The position numbers and the translations under genes were made by a program. The notes under the pieces were generated by a model. The model had not been told where the DNA came from, ran no database searches, and saw only the letters and a list, made by a program, of their open reading frames with translations. Below are positions 35,000-48,829 of a stretch of DNA of 64,000 nt, one piece after another; the stretch's first letter is position 1, and each line of letters starts with the position of its first letter. This DNA is from Octopus sinensis (taxonomy: Eukaryota), in assembly GCF_006345805.1 (NCBI RefSeq), contig NC_042998.1, positions 176,576,001 to 176,640,000 on the forward strand. Reading direction: 5' to 3'.

Positions 35000-37400
35000 G
35001 GTGAGTGGGCTCTGAAGTTGACTAGTGTCTGAAAGGAGTATTCATGACTGGACTGAAAAATTTGGAGAACTTTGAAAATCGCGAGCAATTTCTAGAAGGG
35101 AACTTTTCACTGTTGCTAGAGGCATGAGATCTCATATCTTTTATTGACCGGTTTAGAAATGCTCCGTTAAACCAGAACTTGTAGCTATTTTCCCGTCAGT
35201 GTATAGACTTTTCCTTCTACGTTGTCCAAGTTATGAGTAGACTTTCAATTTTGCTAAGCCTTATTTTCAGACCTATTGTAACAAAGAGACAGAATTCTCT
35301 CTATTCGTCAAGTTGAATGAATTTTATACTGTGATTGTATCTGTCCTTGAAGGTTTGAGTGATGTATGGCATTTTAAAAAGGCGGCCCTTTTAATGGGCA
35401 TTGTAAGACTTTCTACATTCACAAACTGGATGTTGAGCTTGGGTTGGTTGGGTGTATGTAGTTAATTGTGGTATGAAGGCAGCTCTTTTCTATATCTGAT
35501 ATTCATGTGACCGTTCACGTATAGAAAATTTCTAAACGGTTATATCTACACAATTTGGTGTATGAAGAGGGATACGCTTATTGTGCATGTCTAAATGAAA
35601 AAGCTTAGAAAAATTCAGATTACCTCCGCTCCATCTTAGCTTCACATGGAAATATCATACAATGAATCGCCTTCTTTTTTGAACCAATGAGAATCATTAT
35701 GATATAATAGCGAGTTCCTAACATTCATTATAACAATGACGTCATGGTTGCCATTGAAGCCGCGGACTTAGTGATTAGGGCATTCGGTTCATGATCGTAA
35801 GGCCGCCAGTTCGATTCCCCGCGACACATTGAGTCCTTGAGCACAAAAAGAATTAAGTATTTCAAAGGGCCAGCATTGTCACGCTCTGTGTCGCGTTGAA
35901 TCTCCCTGAGAACTACGTTTAGGGTACGCACGTCTGTGGAGTGCTCAGCCACATACACGTTAATTTGACAAGCAGGTTGTTCTGTTGATCGGATCAAATG
36001 AAACCCTCGTTGTCGTAACCGACGGAGTGCCATGGTTGCCAATTGTGGTAACTGTTTTCTCAAATTCTTGGGCTTTTAGAAGAAATGTAGATTTTGACAG
36101 GTATAATTCCACTATATTGATTTGTTTTAAAGTATTAAACTGCTCAGACACGGCAGCACCACAATTACAGTGTATTAATTTGGCAGAGTTTCTAATCTGA
36201 AGGTTAATTGTACCTGCCAGCAAAATGCAATTCATTTTTGGAATAGTTTATTAATTATTGGATGAAAAATTGACTTTATGGTCAATAAGTTTGTGGCATG
36301 GTAGTTGCGTGGCGAGTTGTTCCACGCGGTATTTCATTTATAGTCGGTATTCCAGTTCTTTTCCGGTTATATAAAAGAGTACATGGTGTGGCATAGCATT
36401 TGGGGGTGGGAGGGGATAAAATGTGTTGTACTCTTTATTTCGTCTTTCTACAAATCTGTCGATGTTGGGGAGATTGTTTCAAAGGTATTATGTGATTCTT
36501 TGGAGTGTATTGTAAATAGTTGATGACGTCAGAGTCTTATCCTTTTTGTAGCATATATTTACAATCCATGGAGTTGAAGCTCTGGATTAAGCTGCTTTTC
36601 CTTGTATTTACAGAAGTTAGTTAAGCCATAGAATTGGTGACGGACCACGAGCTGAGGTGGGTGGTGGAACGTCTGAGTCAGTCGAAGTGATGAGCAACCG
36701 GTTTAGGGACTTCTTGCGCATTAATGTGGATATAGTAGAGGTGTTCAGGGAACCTATCACCTAAAGAATACCCTAATTAGTCAGCGCAGAGCAAATTATA
36801 CATACCATGTAATATTTTAGGTTAGATGATATAGAACCAAGGTGATGAGTTATATTGACCGTAGATATGGGTAGCGTTTTGGGGGAGAGGAAGAGACAAA
36901 TACAGAATCAAGAACGACGTAAGTGAAGGTTCCACTTAGAGTGTTTAGGAACAAGGATACTTCTTGCACTTCCCTTTTTGTAAATAAATGTTTATATATT
37001 CATTAGGGGGGTAATTCCAAATAATTCTACTTGACCGCATGTGGCCGATCCTAATTAAAACTGCCGTTCTTATTATCTTGTCCATAATCCTATCTCTTAT
37101 CCATCTGTGATCTATAAGTTTAAATACCTGAAAGGAATTCCACATTCTATTTATCCATTATTCTAAATGTGATAAGATAAACCAAATATAATGGATTTGT
37201 CTGAAATTATGTCGCACATATATTCGGAATAATTTCATTCGCAAAGAAATTAACAAAAACATATACAAAGATAGAGATAACGATATTTGGAGAAAGATGG
37301 GAATTTCCAGTTTGTGATAGCATAAGCTTCGGGAATATTTGCCCACCATTGCTTCCGACTTAATAGGATATCATAATAAATGAAATCTATAGATTCATAA
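35000..37400 (-). mobile_element. Heavily decayed Penelope-like element mosaic
   Basis: ORF 36945..37145 contains RSSRIIWNYPPNEY, resembling the RxRxIIWFNPP linker of PLEs. Weak GIY-YIG-like words near 35050-35300. A SINE is inserted at 35750-36035. Confidence 0.4.
35750..36035 (+). mobile_element. tRNA-derived SINE (tail shared with 48003-48308)
   Basis: CTTAGTGATTAGGG head, GTTCGATTCC B box and tail TTCAAAGGGCCAGC...GACGGAGTGCC. Confidence 0.75.
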
Positions 37401-37779
37401 AATAACTGTTGAAACATAATGAGAAACAAGCTATCGGCTGTCTCCCTTATCTTTCATCGGAATAAATTAAATGGCTATAGCGAAAACCCAGAAAAGGTTT
37501 TGGGGGATACAACAGCAGTTTGTGAAAAAAGAGGTGGTGGCGGTGGTGGTAATAGTGGTGGTGTGTGGGGTTGTGGTGGGGGTAATGGTGGTGGTGATTA
37601 GGAAATGAGGTGTACGTACAAACACATTGCAATTGTGCATACACATACACATGTATCATACATTAAATGTATAATAAATGACGCAAACCACAGAAGATAA
37701 AAATATATTCACTCACACAGTCTCCCCTATCTCTCTCTATATATCTCTCTATATATCTATCTATCTATCTATCTATCTA

Positions 37780-37810
<31 letters not shown>

Positions 37811-38195
37811 CACACGCACACATATTTCATATAATATACATATGAATACTAAGTTAAGAGATTCATTCATTCACACAAGCCACATACTCACTCACACATC
37901 ATGCAAACATACACTGGCACAAACACGCATACATTCGCATATGGATATATGCAGATATAAATCTTCACGTAAAGGCATATGGCAATGAAGAACAGAGATA
38001 TTAATCCAAGTAGACAGCACCTTCTGATCTGCGGTTAGTATAACCCAGCTTCTTGTATTCTTGTATCAATATTGAATGGGGATTCCATGAACGCAGTCGC
38101 GCAAAGTTACGAGGCCGCTACTTGGGTCGCTATCTGTTAGTCTGCTCCAAATCAGTAAAAGGCTATATATATACGTAAGTATGTATGTATTTATG

Positions 38196-38229
<34 letters not shown>

Positions 38230-38368
38230 TGTATGTATGTATGCATGTATGTATGTATGTATATATGAATATATGTATTATGTATGTATGTGTGAGAGTG
38301 TGTGCGTGTGTGTTTGTATGCATGTATGTGTACATGTATGCATGTATGTATATATGCATACATGTATG

Positions 38369-38402
<34 letters not shown>

Positions 38403-38480
38403 TGTATGTAGGTTCGTATAATTTACCTGCATTGCACGTAAGTGAATAATAGATCGTAAATGCATTGTTTTATACAGAAA

Positions 38481-39355
38481 CTAGCAGAATTGCCCGGCGA
38501 TGCTATGGGCTGAATTGCTTGAAAGTACTGTTAATGATTGCACTGAATTATGATGATTATTCAGGCAAATATTGATATAAGTTTACGGTGGGAGATAAGG
38601 ACTTAACAATCAAACGTGTGCCATTGCATTGTTTTGGGGGAACCAAATTTCTAATGAGCATTATAGGTGCACCAACTTTAAGTTTGAGAATGTGTGGTGG
38701 TAGTCCGGGGGGCTCAAAGGAATTGAGTACCTCTATTGGATAGTTGATGACGTCCTCTGGGTCAGGAGTTGTATCGATAGGCTTATATACATAGACATCC
38801 CCAGGAATGATTTTTAGCATTTCATCATTAATATGGTGAACAGTTTTATTCCTCGGGGCCAGAATAGCCCTTTGGCCAATCCAATCCATATTCTGATAAT
38901 TAGCTTGTAGATCTGGGAACACTGCATCTCTGAGATTAGAAGGCGTTTTAACAATGGTACAAATGGAATCGATGGCAATATTACCATTTTCATCCCTTGG
39001 TATTTTGCCTTCGCCAAGTTGAGAGTTAAAAAGGTCGAGTTGCGTCCCCTAGACAGTCTGTACCAGGAATAGCTGGATATTGATGGAGTTGAGAGTTAAA
39101 AAGGTCGAGTTGCGTCCCCTAGACAGTCTGTGGTTTGTGTTTCTGATTCTCGACCCCATGTCAAATTTATCGATTTTTTTCAAAACTGGGGGAACTTTTC
39201 AAAATTTTCACTGCGTTAGTTTTGAATTATTACATTGGGCTATGTGTGTGTCAAGTTTCATCAGAATCGGTTGAAAGCCGTGGTCAGGGTGAGGGTACAA
39301 CCTAATAGACACACAGACACGCACACAGACAAACTGCCGTTTATATATAGAGAGA
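38481..39355 (-). mobile_element. Internally deleted Helitron carrying a PIF1-like helicase fragment
   Basis: Minus 5' end A|TCTCTCTATATATAAACGG, 3' GC-rich GCCGGGCAATT then CTAG|T. ORF 38557..38922 RAILAPRNKTVHHIN...PPGLPPHILKLKVGAPIMLIRNL...CNGTRLIV is the Helitron helicase motif. A 43-bp internal direct repeat lies at 39019 and 39088. Confidence 0.9.
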
Positions 39356-39684
39356 TAAAGTACTTCTTTGTTTTTTTCTCTGGAAGCTGCAATCAAACAA
39401 TTTATCCGACAGTCAAGAAACAAGCAATAAATTTCAAAATCTGCCAGTTAGCTAAAGGGAAATGTAAATATACGGAATCAAAATACGTATATGATAAAAA
39501 TGCAAATACATACAGACACGTATGTATAAATAAAACCTATTTACAAGCAGATATTCACATATTTACGCACTTATACATAACCCTACACGAACACATATAA
39601 GCATACACGTATAAACGTATACCTTCACGCATGCACACACACACACACACACACACCACACGTGTATATGTATGCATGTATATA

Positions 39685-39733
<49 letters not shown>

Positions 39734-39774
39734 ATGTATATATATGTGTGTGTGTGTGTGTATGTGTGCGTGTA

Positions 39775-40658
39775 TTGGGTCATTCCATAAATAATGCAGT
39801 TTTCTCAATTGCATAAACTAAAATTACTACCTGCTATAGAAGCAGGTAGTAATTTTACTTTGTAATTACTTTTAGCGCAAGTTGTGAAGAGTACAGTTCG
39901 ATTTTAACAGTTATTTTTTCAAAGCTATAATGGAAGTGACAAAAGAACATTTTCGGCATATTTTGCTTTGAGTTCAATAAAGGCAACAATGCAACAGAAA
40001 GTGCGAGGAATATTAATGCAGCTTATGGGGATCGGACAATAAGCGTAAGCCAGTGTCAACGGTGGTTCCAGAAATTCCGAGCTGGGAACAACAACCTAGA
40101 AGACAAGTCTCGTCCAGGAAGATCTATAGAGGACGTCCTGCAAACCCTAATGGAACAAAACCCCATGGTAACTATTGAGGTACTAGCAGAGAAGCTTGGA
40201 TTTGGTCATTCAGCCATTCATGGTCACCTGCGTGCCATGGGAAAATGACCATCTTTGATTTCAAGGCAAAAGGAGTCCTTTCATCAGGATGATGCTCGGT
40301 CACATAGAGAGAATATGACATTCCAAAGGCAGGAGTAATTTGAATGAGAAACGATGCTCCACCAACCATATTCGCCGGACATTGCCCCATCTGATTATCA
40401 TTTATTCTGCAGTCTTCAAACTCACTTGGAGGGGGAAAATATGAATTCTGTAGACGAAGTCAGAACAGTACTGGGGGAGTACCTTTTGTCACAGACAAGT
40501 GAATTTTGGAAGAGGGGCCTTGCAAGTCTACCAGACATATGGAAGAGAATTGTAGAAAATGAAGGAGAGTATATTTTAGATTAAAAAAAGAACTTTGTTT
40601 ATCTTAATTTTGAAAATAAAAGAAGTATAAAAACCGGCATTATTTATGGGATGATCCA

Positions 40659-40659
<1 letters not shown>
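39775..40659 (+). mobile_element. Internally deleted mariner with both TIRs and TA TSD
   Basis: TIRs TTGGGTCATTCCATAAATAATGC and the reverse-complement-like GCATTATTTATGGGATGATCCAG. Transposase fragments (..WFQKFRAGN.., HQPYSPDIAPSDYHLF). Confidence 0.9.
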
Positions 40660-40714
<55 letters not shown>

Positions 40715-40822
40715 AGAGAGAGAGAGACAGAGTGGGAGGGAGAGGGGGAGAGAGACAGAGACAGACAGAGACTAGGAGAGAGAAGAGAGAGTTATATACC
40801 GACATGAGCATGTATGTGTAAG

Positions 40823-40980
40823 TGTATGTACGTATGTGGCTGTGCGGTAAAAGTTTGCTTCCCAACCACATGGTTCTGGGTTCAGTACCACTGCGTGGCA
40901 CCTTGGGCAACTGCCTTCTACTATAGCCCCAGGCCAACCAATACCTTTAGTGAACGGCAGCTTAAGAAAATCCGTCATAT
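40823..40980 (+). mobile_element. Family B SINE, 5' half
   Basis: Head plus ACCTTGGGCAACTGCCTT CORE. Confidence 0.75.
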
Positions 40981-41338
40981 ATGTGTTTGTGCGCGCGCGC
41001 GTGTTTGTGTGCGCGCGCGTGTTTGTGTGCGCGCACGTCTGTCTGTCTGTCTGTGTATATGTGTATGTCTGTGAGCGTGTGTGTGTGTGCATGTACGTAT
41101 ATATGTATGCAGTATGCATAAATTATCAATTAGTTTTCCATATTTTAGAAAAATATACGCAGTATGAGAAAGAAGGCGGTTATATTTTCACATATTTCTG
41201 TCTTCTAATAATGCCATATAAGTTGTCAGAATTTTACCGTCGGTTGTGCACTGATTATTGCACTGGGCAATATTGATGACTATTCAGACATTGTGGCCGG
41301 AAATGCATCGCTTCTTTTATATATAAACAGGACATATA

Positions 41339-41570
41339 TTTCTTTACTGCCCACAAGGGGCTAAACATAGAGGGGACAAACAAGGAGGACAGACAAAGGG
41401 ATTAAGTCGATAATATCGACCACAGTGCGAAATTGGTACTTTATTTATCGACCCCGAAAGGATGTAAGGCAAAGTCGACTTCGGTGGAATTTGAACTCAG
41501 AACGTAACGACAGACGAAATACCGCTAAGCATTTCGTCCGGCGCGCTAACGTTTCTGCCAGCTCGCCGCC
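41339..41570 (-). mobile_element. Family A SINE with long (about 28 bp) imperfect TSD
   Basis: CTTCTTTTATATATAAACAGGACATATA at 41311-41338 is repeated with few mismatches at about 41570-41597. Confidence 0.88.
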
Positions 41571-41589
41571 TTCTTTTATATATTAACAG

Positions 41590-42760
41590 GATATATACAT
41601 CCTGGTTGGCTCGATGTTTCGAGAAAGTATCAGAAGGAAACATTGTAAAAAGCTATAACATATTCCTGAAGGGAAAGAAGAGCTACTTCCCATGGATTGA
41701 TGTTAGCTATGGTTGAAGCTTGCAACACCTACTTCCATTCAAACACGAACTAATAACGTTTAAAAACCTTTCAAAAGATGTTAGTATTTTCAAATAAATG
41801 TGTTTTTGATATAGCGCCCCCTATTACAACAAAGCCGTGGAAGCCAGCGTCTTTAAAGACCGCATCGCTTATATGCCCCGCCCTAACACCCATTAGAGAA
41901 AGCGCTGCCAAAAAGTTCTCTGGTTTTTCCTCATCACCACCATTACCACCATCCTCACTCAACGTGAAAACCTCTAGGAAGGAGTTTCCTTAGATTAGTG
42001 GATAAGCGGGGAAGCATTTTACACAGGATCGTATATATGGAAAAATATTCTATTGAAATAACAAAAAGGTCCTCGTTCATCTGTGCACCAAGTATCCAAA
42101 AGAGTATTAGTGAGTATCTAAAGACTCCGGGCGGAGGTAGAATGGTCGTGTATCTTTTACAATGAGCGCCCAGTGAATAATCAACGGAACGTTGACGCCA
42201 TTATCTACGAAGCAAAAGCAGAGTCGTCCAACAACAACGAAACGACACACCTTCAGAAGCATGTAAGAGCAACGGAGACCATGTTTTAAACCAGGCTTAA
42301 TTATCACAGATTCTGTTTCAGAATCTCCAAGACAGGTGGAATTTTACAACGTTACCTAGCTAAATGTTACGATTAAAAGAGGAAACAACGCCATAGAAAA
42401 TCAAATCGAAATTTTCAGATCGACCTGAAACATAGGTGAATGGAAACAATCGCTGTAAGCCTTGTTTGCTGGAAAGGAGAAACATTCTTAAAAAATTCGC
42501 ACGATCCCGATGCTTTTCCTGAATTTAAACAAACGGAATATTTGGATTCTGCAAAATTTCATTGTCGGTAACGTGATCATCCCTTTCTTTAGACTTGACA
42601 ACGACATACATGTACCCACGCACGAACAAGTGACACGCTTCGACCACGGCTAACACCAATTCGTGTGAAGTAACTCTTCTTTCCCTCCGAGAACATCTTA
42701 CAATTTTCCACTGTTTCATTTCGCTTCATTTATTTTACCTACAACGAGTCAACCAGACGA
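41590..42760 (+). mobile_element. Decayed Penelope-like element 3' part (linker plus GIY-YIG region)
   Basis: ..APYYNKAVEASVFKDRIAY.., SLNVKTSRKEF and NGNNRCKPCLLERRNILK..LNKRN, resembling the CxLCLxE...LNKR C-terminus of PLE endonucleases. Frameshifted. Confidence 0.6.
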
Positions 42761-42891
42761 AGATTGGTAAATGTAGTCCACCCTTTTTTCATATATTTAA
42801 GTGCTTCCTCTGCTGGAAATAAGGTAAGACAATTGGTGCACTGATGACGCTTATTCAGGCAAAAACATCTACATATGTATATATGTATATA

Positions 42892-42991
<100 letters not shown>

Positions 42992-43076
42992 TGATGAAAA
43001 TGGTAAGACAACAAAAGAAAGAGACCTCGATATTATGCAAATAGGGTCATTTTTCATAGCATTTTTCCGATGGCTG

Positions 43077-43136
43077 GATAACTGAAGAGATGGCGGCGTG
43101 GATTTCCACCTCGGCATCCGAACTCGGAGTTTTATC
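43077..43136 (+). ncRNA. Decayed type I hammerhead motif
   Basis: GATAA-CTGAAGA-GATG GCGG CGTGG ATTT CCACC TCGG CATC-CGAAC-TCGGA-GTT-TTATC. Stem I 5 bp, partly eroded stem II, GAAA core damaged. Confidence 0.5.
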
Positions 43137-43171
43137 ATGGCTACCGAATAATTGTCACATATTATATTTAC

Positions 43172-43242
<71 letters not shown>

Positions 43243-43792
43243 GACCTGCTCTTTGTCTCCAGACAACCAGACTGTCGTTCCTTTAATGGTATGTCAATTT
43301 AGGAAAATTTCTGATTTTTTGAGACAATCTCTCCTTAACATTTGGAGCTCGTCTCAGCTATCATAATGTGATTATTGTACAATCACTGGAAGTGGATATA
43401 ATTTCAATGAATCGAGTATCTACTGTACATATGGTATTTAATATACACATATTCATTTTACGTGTTCAAAAACCTGCTAGTGGCCATTCTTGAGCTCATT
43501 CTCATTTATTTTATTCATACACACATACAAAATACACACACAAACACATACACACACACACATACACACACACACACGTACATTTAATGCAAGCAGTTAA
43601 GATTTTTAATAACTAATAAAATATAAACTTAAAAATTATACATTTACAAATACATCATAAAACAAAATAAAAACGAAAAGAACAGCTTACACGAATTTAC
43701 TCCCGCGGGCCATTGCTGTTCATAATTTTCTGCTTTATGCTGTACATTTTTGTGACCCTCTCTGTCTATTTCTCTGTCTGTCTGTCTGTCTC

Positions 43793-43825
<33 letters not shown>

Positions 43826-43840
43826 TCTCTCCTCTCTCCC

Positions 43841-43871
<31 letters not shown>

Positions 43872-43881
43872 TATCTATCCT

Positions 43882-43917
<36 letters not shown>

Positions 43918-43992
43918 CATATATATATTTATATGTATATAATGAAATTTTAATATATGTACGCATATGCATATATGTATATATATACATAC

Positions 43993-44040
<48 letters not shown>

Positions 44041-44291
44041 TATATATATACATATACATACATATACAGTGTGTGTGCGTGCACGTGTGTGTTCATGTGA
44101 TATACATGTGTATGTATTTTCTTCCATGTGATTTATCGTCATGTACATAATTATATGCTCTACTCGCACGCTTCCACATAAATATGGACGCATCCACTCA
44201 TTGTCACACGTATATGCGAACAAAAAAAATTCACACACACACACATACTCACTTTCTCTCTCCTTCTCTTACCACCCTTCGCCACACCGTC

Positions 44292-44325
<34 letters not shown>

Positions 44326-44689
44326 GCATTACACAAAGTCACACTCTCCTACACACATATAGTATTACAAATGCGAAGAGAGGCGTCACGCTTCTCTGCA
44401 TCCTCTATCTTTATTAATATAATTTATTTTTGTATCCAAAGCAAAGCAGAGAAAAATTAATTGCTTTCTGAGCCAATATTAAGTTCTAATGGATTGAGTG
44501 GTGTTTATCCTTTTCCCTCGTGCATTATCGATGTTAGAGTATGTAAATTGGTTGGACACTAGTGGGAAACGAAACTGAAAAGCAGCATCAACATGACGGA
44601 AGCTTATCTTTTGACCTCACTTCTAGAAAGAGTAGTGACATCAGTTTTACATCAATGCATATACCACACCATGCACTACAAGCTAAAAT

Positions 44690-44713
44690 TAAGAGTAGTA
44701 GTAGTAGTAGTAA

Positions 44714-44762
<49 letters not shown>

Positions 44763-44804
44763 TGTAGTAGTAGTTGTAGTAGTAGTATGCTAGTAGTAGT
44801 ATGC

Positions 44805-44845
<41 letters not shown>

Positions 44846-44860
44846 ATAGTAGTAGTTACT
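44690..44860. repeat. (AGT)n microsatellite
   Basis: Direct reading. Confidence 0.95.
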
Positions 44861-44879
44861 ATCGCCTTTCAAGCATTTC

Positions 44880-46010
44880 TTATTTCCTAAATTTCACATC
44901 TAAGAAATAATTTCCACCTTCAGCTTCAACAATTGCTTCTATACGAGATCTAAATCCTCTACATGCTCGAATCAAGTGGTCCTGGTTCATTTTGGACATT
45001 ACTCTGACTATGGCAGCTTTCAAAGAATCTTTGATGTTATGGGCGTGTTCAATGACCTCTCTCTCAACAGCGCTCCATATATGTAATAGTCCAATGGATT
45101 GAGAACTGAGGAGCCAAATGTTAGGGGTTATGTGATCATGAAAATTTTCAACCATCCATTTCTGTGTTACTAAAGCCATGTGTGATAGTGCAGAGTCTAA
45201 AACACATATGACCTTCCATTGCATACACTATCTATTCAGAGCTTAATTATTTCCATGACCTCAATGTAGGCGGCAGAGTTAACTCTAAGGCCTTGTAGAA
45301 AGAAGTAAGGAGGCATCACATGTCCTTCATTGTAGACAACCCCTATAACCATGACAGTTGCAGGAACTTTTGTATACATAACACTTGGAAATTCAGAAGG
45401 GTCTGTACATAATCATCTGTCATTTCTTCTGTTAACTCTTTGATCTTGGTCAAAGTTTTTCTCGTTTCAGAAAAAACAAATCAAATCTTCTGCTAGATTT
45501 TTTCAGTTAGTTTAAGAGCCTTTTAGATCTGATGTAGCCATTTTCTTTTGCTTTTTCCGACAAATTCCCCTTTCCTCATCATATAAGATTTATATCTGTT
45601 GTCTTCATGGACAACATTTGTGACTGTTCCTTCTGATACTGAGAGATCTTTTGAAATTGACCCCATGGACTTTCTGGCATTGTAATCAATAGTCTGTCGG
45701 ACTTGCTGGATAAATTCAGGTGTTCTGATGATTTCAGAGTATTTAGAATGCTTTTTATGCTTTGATACCATCTTCAGTCTCTAGCTCCTTGCAAACTTTG
45801 TAGACGAAAGATCAGGCAACTTTTAAAAATCGAGATATTTCTAAATCGCAATGCTCAGCCTTTATAATCACAATAGCAGCATGGTTCTTCATTTCTTAAG
45901 TAAGCTGGGGGACTGCCATTATTATTTTCTGACACAAATATTATATAGAGTTTGCAAATAACGCAGCAATGACCCCAAAAGGTATGTCATCAAATACCTT
46001 ATGCACCCTG

Positions 46011-46011
<1 letters not shown>
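44880..46011 (-). mobile_element. Tc1/mariner-superfamily (maT/DD37D-like) transposase remnant
   Basis: Minus ORF 44880..45224 ..VLDSALSH...ITPNIWLLSSQ...IWSAVER...LIRACRGFRSRIEAIVEAEGG. The TIR end reads TA|CAGGGTGCAT on the minus strand at about 46011. Confidence 0.8.
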
Positions 46012-46076
<65 letters not shown>

Positions 46077-46078
46077 AG

Positions 46079-46660
46079 TGAAGGCGCATGGCTCAGTGGT
46101 TAGTGCGTCAAGCTTACGATCGTGTGGTTGTGAGTTCGATTCCCGGACCGGGCTGCGTGTTGTGTTCTTGAGCAAGACACTTTATTTCACGTTGCTCTAG
46201 TTAACTCAGCTGTAGAAATGAGTTGCGATATCAGTGGTGCCAAGCTGTATCGGCCTTTGCCTTTCTCTTGGATAACATCAGTGGTGTGGAGAGGGGAGGC
46301 TGGTATGCATGGGTGACTGCTGGCCTTCAATAAACAACCTTGCCCGGATTTGTGCCTGAGAGGGTAATTTTCTAGGTGCAATCCCACGGTTATTCATAAC
46401 CGAAGGGGATCTACTCTTGTATGCTAGTTTTTGTGTTTATGTTTATCATACTACCACCACCACTTGACAACCGACTTTTGGTTTCTTTACTACATCCCCG
46501 TAACTTAGAGGTTTGGTAAAAGAGGCCGATAGAATAAAAACTAGGCTTAGGAAAAAGAAAGGAAAGAAAGTGCTGGGGTTGATTTGTTCGATAACCCCTT
46601 CAAGGCGGTATTCCAGCATGGCTGCAGTCTAATAATTGAAACTACTAAAAGATAAAAGAT
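46079..46660 (+). mobile_element. Full family D SINE (46079-46415) followed by a decayed family B 3' half
   Basis: GTGAAGGCGCATGGCTCAGTGG head, GAGTTCGATTCC B box and TTCTTGAGCAAGACACTT core. Confidence 0.85.
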
Positions 46661-47259
46661 AAAGACCATTGCAAAGTTTCAATAACTGCTGGTCGGGTGT
46701 GAATTAATTTTCATTCCTTGAAAGGGAAATTCAATCCAACACTATAGATTGACTGATGCAGAAGATATGAGTTTCCATTGTAATATAAGCCTCTTGTTAA
46801 ATTGTTATGGATTGACATTTGTCAATAATATGTTCATTATATTTTCAGATCCCGCACAGTCGATTCGCTTAAAGGAGAGAAAGGAGGGAAAATATACAGT
46901 ATACTGTTTGATGATCGGAGAATAATGAAAACATCTAAGAATGTGATCGTCATATACGACTTTAACACGAATTAGAATAAACAAATAAATATTGGTACAC
47001 ACATGCGTACAAAAGCAGATACACGTATACGTATTGTATACACATACATGTATGCATAGACACACATACACACACACACACACATACAAGCGTAGGCACA
47101 CAAACACGCACACACGAATACGAATATTCATCCATTTGTTTCTAAGCACTAGCATAATTGTCTTTCCTTCTTTACTCTTCATGCATATATATATATATAT
47201 ATATATATATTTGTCTGGGTGTTTGGTGTGTGTGTATGAGTGTGTGAGTGCGGATAAAT

Positions 47260-47423
47260 AGATAGATAGATAGATATAGATAGATAGATAGATGATAGAT
47301 AGATATAGATAGATAGATAGACAGACAGACAGACTGAGATAGATATAGATAGATAGATAGATAGATAGATAGAAGACAGACTGACAGATAGATAGATAGA
47401 TAGATAGATAGACAGACAGACTG

Positions 47424-47477
<54 letters not shown>

Positions 47478-47502
47478 CAGACTGACAGACAGACAGACAG
47501 AC

Positions 47503-47544
<42 letters not shown>

Positions 47545-47651
47545 TAGATAGATAGATAGATAGACAGACTGACAGATAGATAGATAGATAGATAGTAGAT
47601 AGATAGATGATAGATAGATAGACAGACTGACAGACAAACAGACAGACAGAC

Positions 47652-47702
<51 letters not shown>

Positions 47703-47725
47703 AAGATAGATAGATAGATAAACAG
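47260..47725. repeat. (GATA)/(GACA)n compound microsatellite
   Basis: Direct reading. Confidence 0.95.
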
Positions 47726-48002
47726 ACACACACACATACACATATGTGAGTTTATCTATGTATAATCATAGGGTTATATATTTGCAAATGCAATTACTAA
47801 AAGAATAATAATAATTTTGCGTACGGATAAATTCAATACTGGAGATAAAATAAATTATGCATGTTGGCTCAGACCGATTTGTATCTCCCATCGCTCATAG
47901 TTTCATATGTAAAAGTAATACTGAGAAAGGGTGTTTGATGACAGGCACTCTATTATGGCTGATACAGCAAAATATATATACACATATATATACAAATATA
48001 CG

Positions 48003-48308
48003 TGAAGGTGCGTGGCTTAGTGGTTAGGGTATTCGGCTCATGATTGTAAGGTCGTGAGTTCGATTCCCGGCGGCGTGTTGTGTCCTTAAGCAAGACACTT
48101 TATTTCACTCAGCTACCAAAAATGAGTTGTAACTGTATTTCGAAGGGCCAGCTTTGTCACATTCTTTGTCACGCTGAATCACCCTGTGATCTACGTTAAG
48201 GGCATATGTGTCTGTTGAGTACTAAGCCACTTGCATGTTAATTTTACGAGCAGTCCGTTCCGTCGATCGGATCAACTGGAACACTCATCGTCGTAAGCGA
48301 CGGAGTAC
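48003..48308 (+). mobile_element. tRNA-derived CORE-like SINE
   Basis: TGGCTTAGTGG, GAGTTCGATTCC and GTCCTTAAGCAAGACACTT; tail shared with 35750-36035. Confidence 0.8.
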
Positions 48309-48420
48309 AATTCATACAAATATACATACATATATGTTTGTGAGTGCGTGCGTGTTTGTGAGTGTGTGTGTTGACGTCATTATAATTCGGAAGAACGTGA
48401 AACTATTTTTTTTCTGTTGT

Positions 48421-48636
48421 TTGGAATAGTGGATCTCGAAGCACACATAAAGCTAAGTATAACAGCATGTAAATAGTAGATTGAAAAATCATTTGGGGGG
48501 TAGAGAAACTCGAAGTGTGTGTATGGGATACAAAACCACATCTTCTGACTTTTCCTATCCCCAAATGGTTTTTCAACTCAATATTTACAGGTTATTCATT
48601 ATAGCTTAATACATGCTTCGAGAGCCACTATTCCAA
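48421..48636. repeat. Imperfect palindrome of about 216 bp
   Basis: TTGGAATAGTGGATCTCGAAGCA pairs with the reverse complement at 48612-48636, and TTGAAAAATCATTTGGGG with CCCCAAATGGTTTTTCAA. Confidence 0.8.
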
Positions 48637-48829
48637 AGACGAATAATAAGGGACAACTGAAGAAGGGGAATATTCTTTATGTTGTATGTTTCGTTTCTCT
48701 GTTTGATTTTTTCGTTTTTTTTTATGTTTTCGTTTCTCATTGTGTTCAATATATGCATGTATATATATACATATATATTACGTATGTACATATATGTATG
48801 TATATATGCATATATTTATTTATTTATAC

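Noticed and set aside
42835-42880. CTGATGA-CGCTTATTCAGGC-AAAAAC after the PLE remnant
   Set aside because: G12 is missing, there is an extra base before stem II, and no convincing stem I or cleavage triplet. At most a relic.
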